From assembly GCA_043754515.1 (NCBI GenBank), contig JAYUUO010000126.1:1-39239 (forward strand): a stretch of 39,239 nt of DNA. Reading direction: 5' to 3'. Origin of the DNA: Armatimonadota bacterium (GTDB lineage: Bacteria > Armatimonadota > Armatimonadia > Armatimonadales > Armatimonadaceae). The notes under the pieces were generated by a model. That model had not been told where the DNA came from, ran no database searches, and worked only from the letters and a program-made list of their open reading frames with translations. Below are positions 37,376 to 39,239 of the stretch, piece after piece. How positions within the stretch are numbered: position 1 is the stretch's first letter; every line of letters begins with the position of its first letter. The translations under genes were made by a program, and so were the position numbers.

Positions 37376-38605
37376 CTACCGTTTCGGCGCGGCGGGCTTG
37401 ACTTCCTGCTTCGCCGGGGCGGGGGCCGCCGGGGCGAGCCTCTGCTCCAGGAACGCGCTGACCGGGAGCGCGAGCCGCTGGCCGTTCGCGAGGCGCACGG
37501 TGACGCGGGCCTGGAAGAAGCCGCCGCCGTCCGCCGCCGCCACCCTCCGCGCCGCGTCCGGGGCGAGCGTGATGAGCAGCGTCCGCTCGGTAGCGGTCGC
37601 CGATGCCCCGGTTGCGGGCGGCAGGAGTCTGGCGGACACGGCGGGTTTGTCACATTCCGCCGTGATGCCGACGAAACAGGCCGCGACCCGCGCGGTCAGG
37701 GTCACCGCGCGGGAGAGCGAGGGCGGCGGTGTGTCCCCGGCTTTCGATGCGGCGAGGCCCGGCGCGGACGTCGCCCCCGCCCCCGGCGCGAGGGAGAACG
37801 CGACGACGCGTGGGCTGGCGGCGATGTCGCCGACGATCTCGCCGGTGACCACGATGCCCGCGCTCCGCCACGCGGCGGCGCGGACGCTCTTGTCGGACAC
37901 GGACGGCGCGAACGAGAGCATGCCGAACACGGGGCCGACGGGCGCGTCCGGCGCGGCGGACACGCGGTAGCGGAGCGCGCCGTTCTTGGCGTCCGGGAGT
38001 CGTTCGGTGCGGACGCCGGGGACGGCGGACGCGAGCGGCGGGACGGCGGCGTTGCCCCTGAGGAGGCGCGGGTCGGGCGTAGCGACGAGTACCACGCCAC
38101 CAGCAGTGCTTCGAGGCGCGGCAAGGTCGAGCGTGCCGAGCGGCAGGACGGAAAGGCTCGGCGCGGCAGAAACAGAACTCCCGGCGGCGAAGGAGACGGC
38201 GGGCAGGAGGGTGCCGCGCACGGCGAGTCGGGTGAGGACGAACTCCGCGCCACCCGTAGACGGCTTCGCGTAGACGACGACCGTTTTGGTAAACGGGCCG
38301 GGGCGCAGTTCGGCCAGGTCAATCGAGACGGCGACGGACAGGGTTCTGCCCGGCGCGAACACCCGGGGGAGGCTCGCGGCTTCGCCTGCGGCAGATAATG
38401 CTGCCGAGACACAGTGGCAGGACGGGGATAGGCGCGTGACGACCACGGGGCCGCTTAGGGCGCGGAGCGTGAAGATCCGCCGGGCGGCAGGCGCGACGTC
38501 TAGAAGGGAGACGACGCCGACGTCACAGGCGTCGGCGTTCGGCACCTGTAGCTCTTGGTGAAGGGCGGGAACCGCAGGCGGTGGCTGAAAGGGAGCGGTA
38601 ATCAC
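37376..38605 (-). CDS. DUF1573-domain (Ig-like) protein
   Basis: FTL.....PVVVTRL.PSCHC.SA...PG....V.V.ID.....G.F.KTV.V; GTG start 5 nt after TATGAT. Confidence 0.65.
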   Translation of the reverse strand: MITAPFQPPPAVPALHQELQVPNADACDVGVVSLLDVAPAARRIFTLRALSGPVVVTRLSPSCHCVSAALSAAGEAASLPRVFAPGRTLSVAVSIDLAELRPGPFTKTVVVYAKPSTGGAEFVLTRLAVRGTLLPAVSFAAGSSVSAAPSLSVLPLGTLDLAAPRSTAGGVVLVATPDPRLLRGNAAVPPLASAVPGVRTERLPDAKNGALRYRVSAAPDAPVGPVFGMLSFAPSVSDKSVRAAAWRSAGIVVTGEIVGDIAASPRVVAFSLAPGAGATSAPGLAASKAGDTPPPSLSRAVTLTARVAACFVGITAECDKPAVSARLLPPATGASATATERTLLITLAPDAARRVAAADGGGFFQARVTVRLANGQRLALPVSAFLEQRLAPAAPAPAKQEVKPAAPKR

Positions 38606-38642
38606 GACCCATCATACCCCGCGCTATGCGGACGGCAGTGGG

Positions 38643-39239
<597 letters not shown>

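Overview
Mosaic accessory region. The gene repertoire (DUF1559/prepilin-type protein, PEP-CTERM protease, GntR-LacI fusion regulator) suggests an Armatimonadota-like bacterium; this is inference. (i) 1-5.2 kb: an endonuclease V-like pseudogene, an SMI1/KNR4 protein, L-rhamnose isomerase, a sugar isomerase and an SRPBCC protein. (ii) 5.3-9.7 kb: polymorphic-toxin debris (Hint fragment, immunity-like fragment) fused to a decayed Tn3-family transposon. (iii) 9.7-30.3 kb: a visibly lower-GC carbohydrate-utilisation cluster (GH78 rhamnosidase, regulator, large secreted CBM/GH-like proteins, DUF1559 + lipoprotein, PEP-CTERM protease) with ISAs1/IS3/ISL3 remnants. It ends at a second Tn3-type res remnant and a degenerate IR. 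(iv) 30.5-32.1 kb: a GC-rich, mostly non-coding stretch with nested inverted repeats. (v) 32.1-36.2 kb: an intact Pin/Hin-like serine resolvase followed by 28-bp crossover-like sites that bracket an AbiE-like type IV toxin-antitoxin pair and an RHH-HNH pair. This is the best candidate for an undescribed, integron-like cassette system; a fourth copy of the site sits at 5246. (vi) 36.3-39.2 kb: a DUF1573-redoxin-membrane protein operon and an IS21 istB pseudogene. All calls come from reading motifs by eye; no database searches were run.
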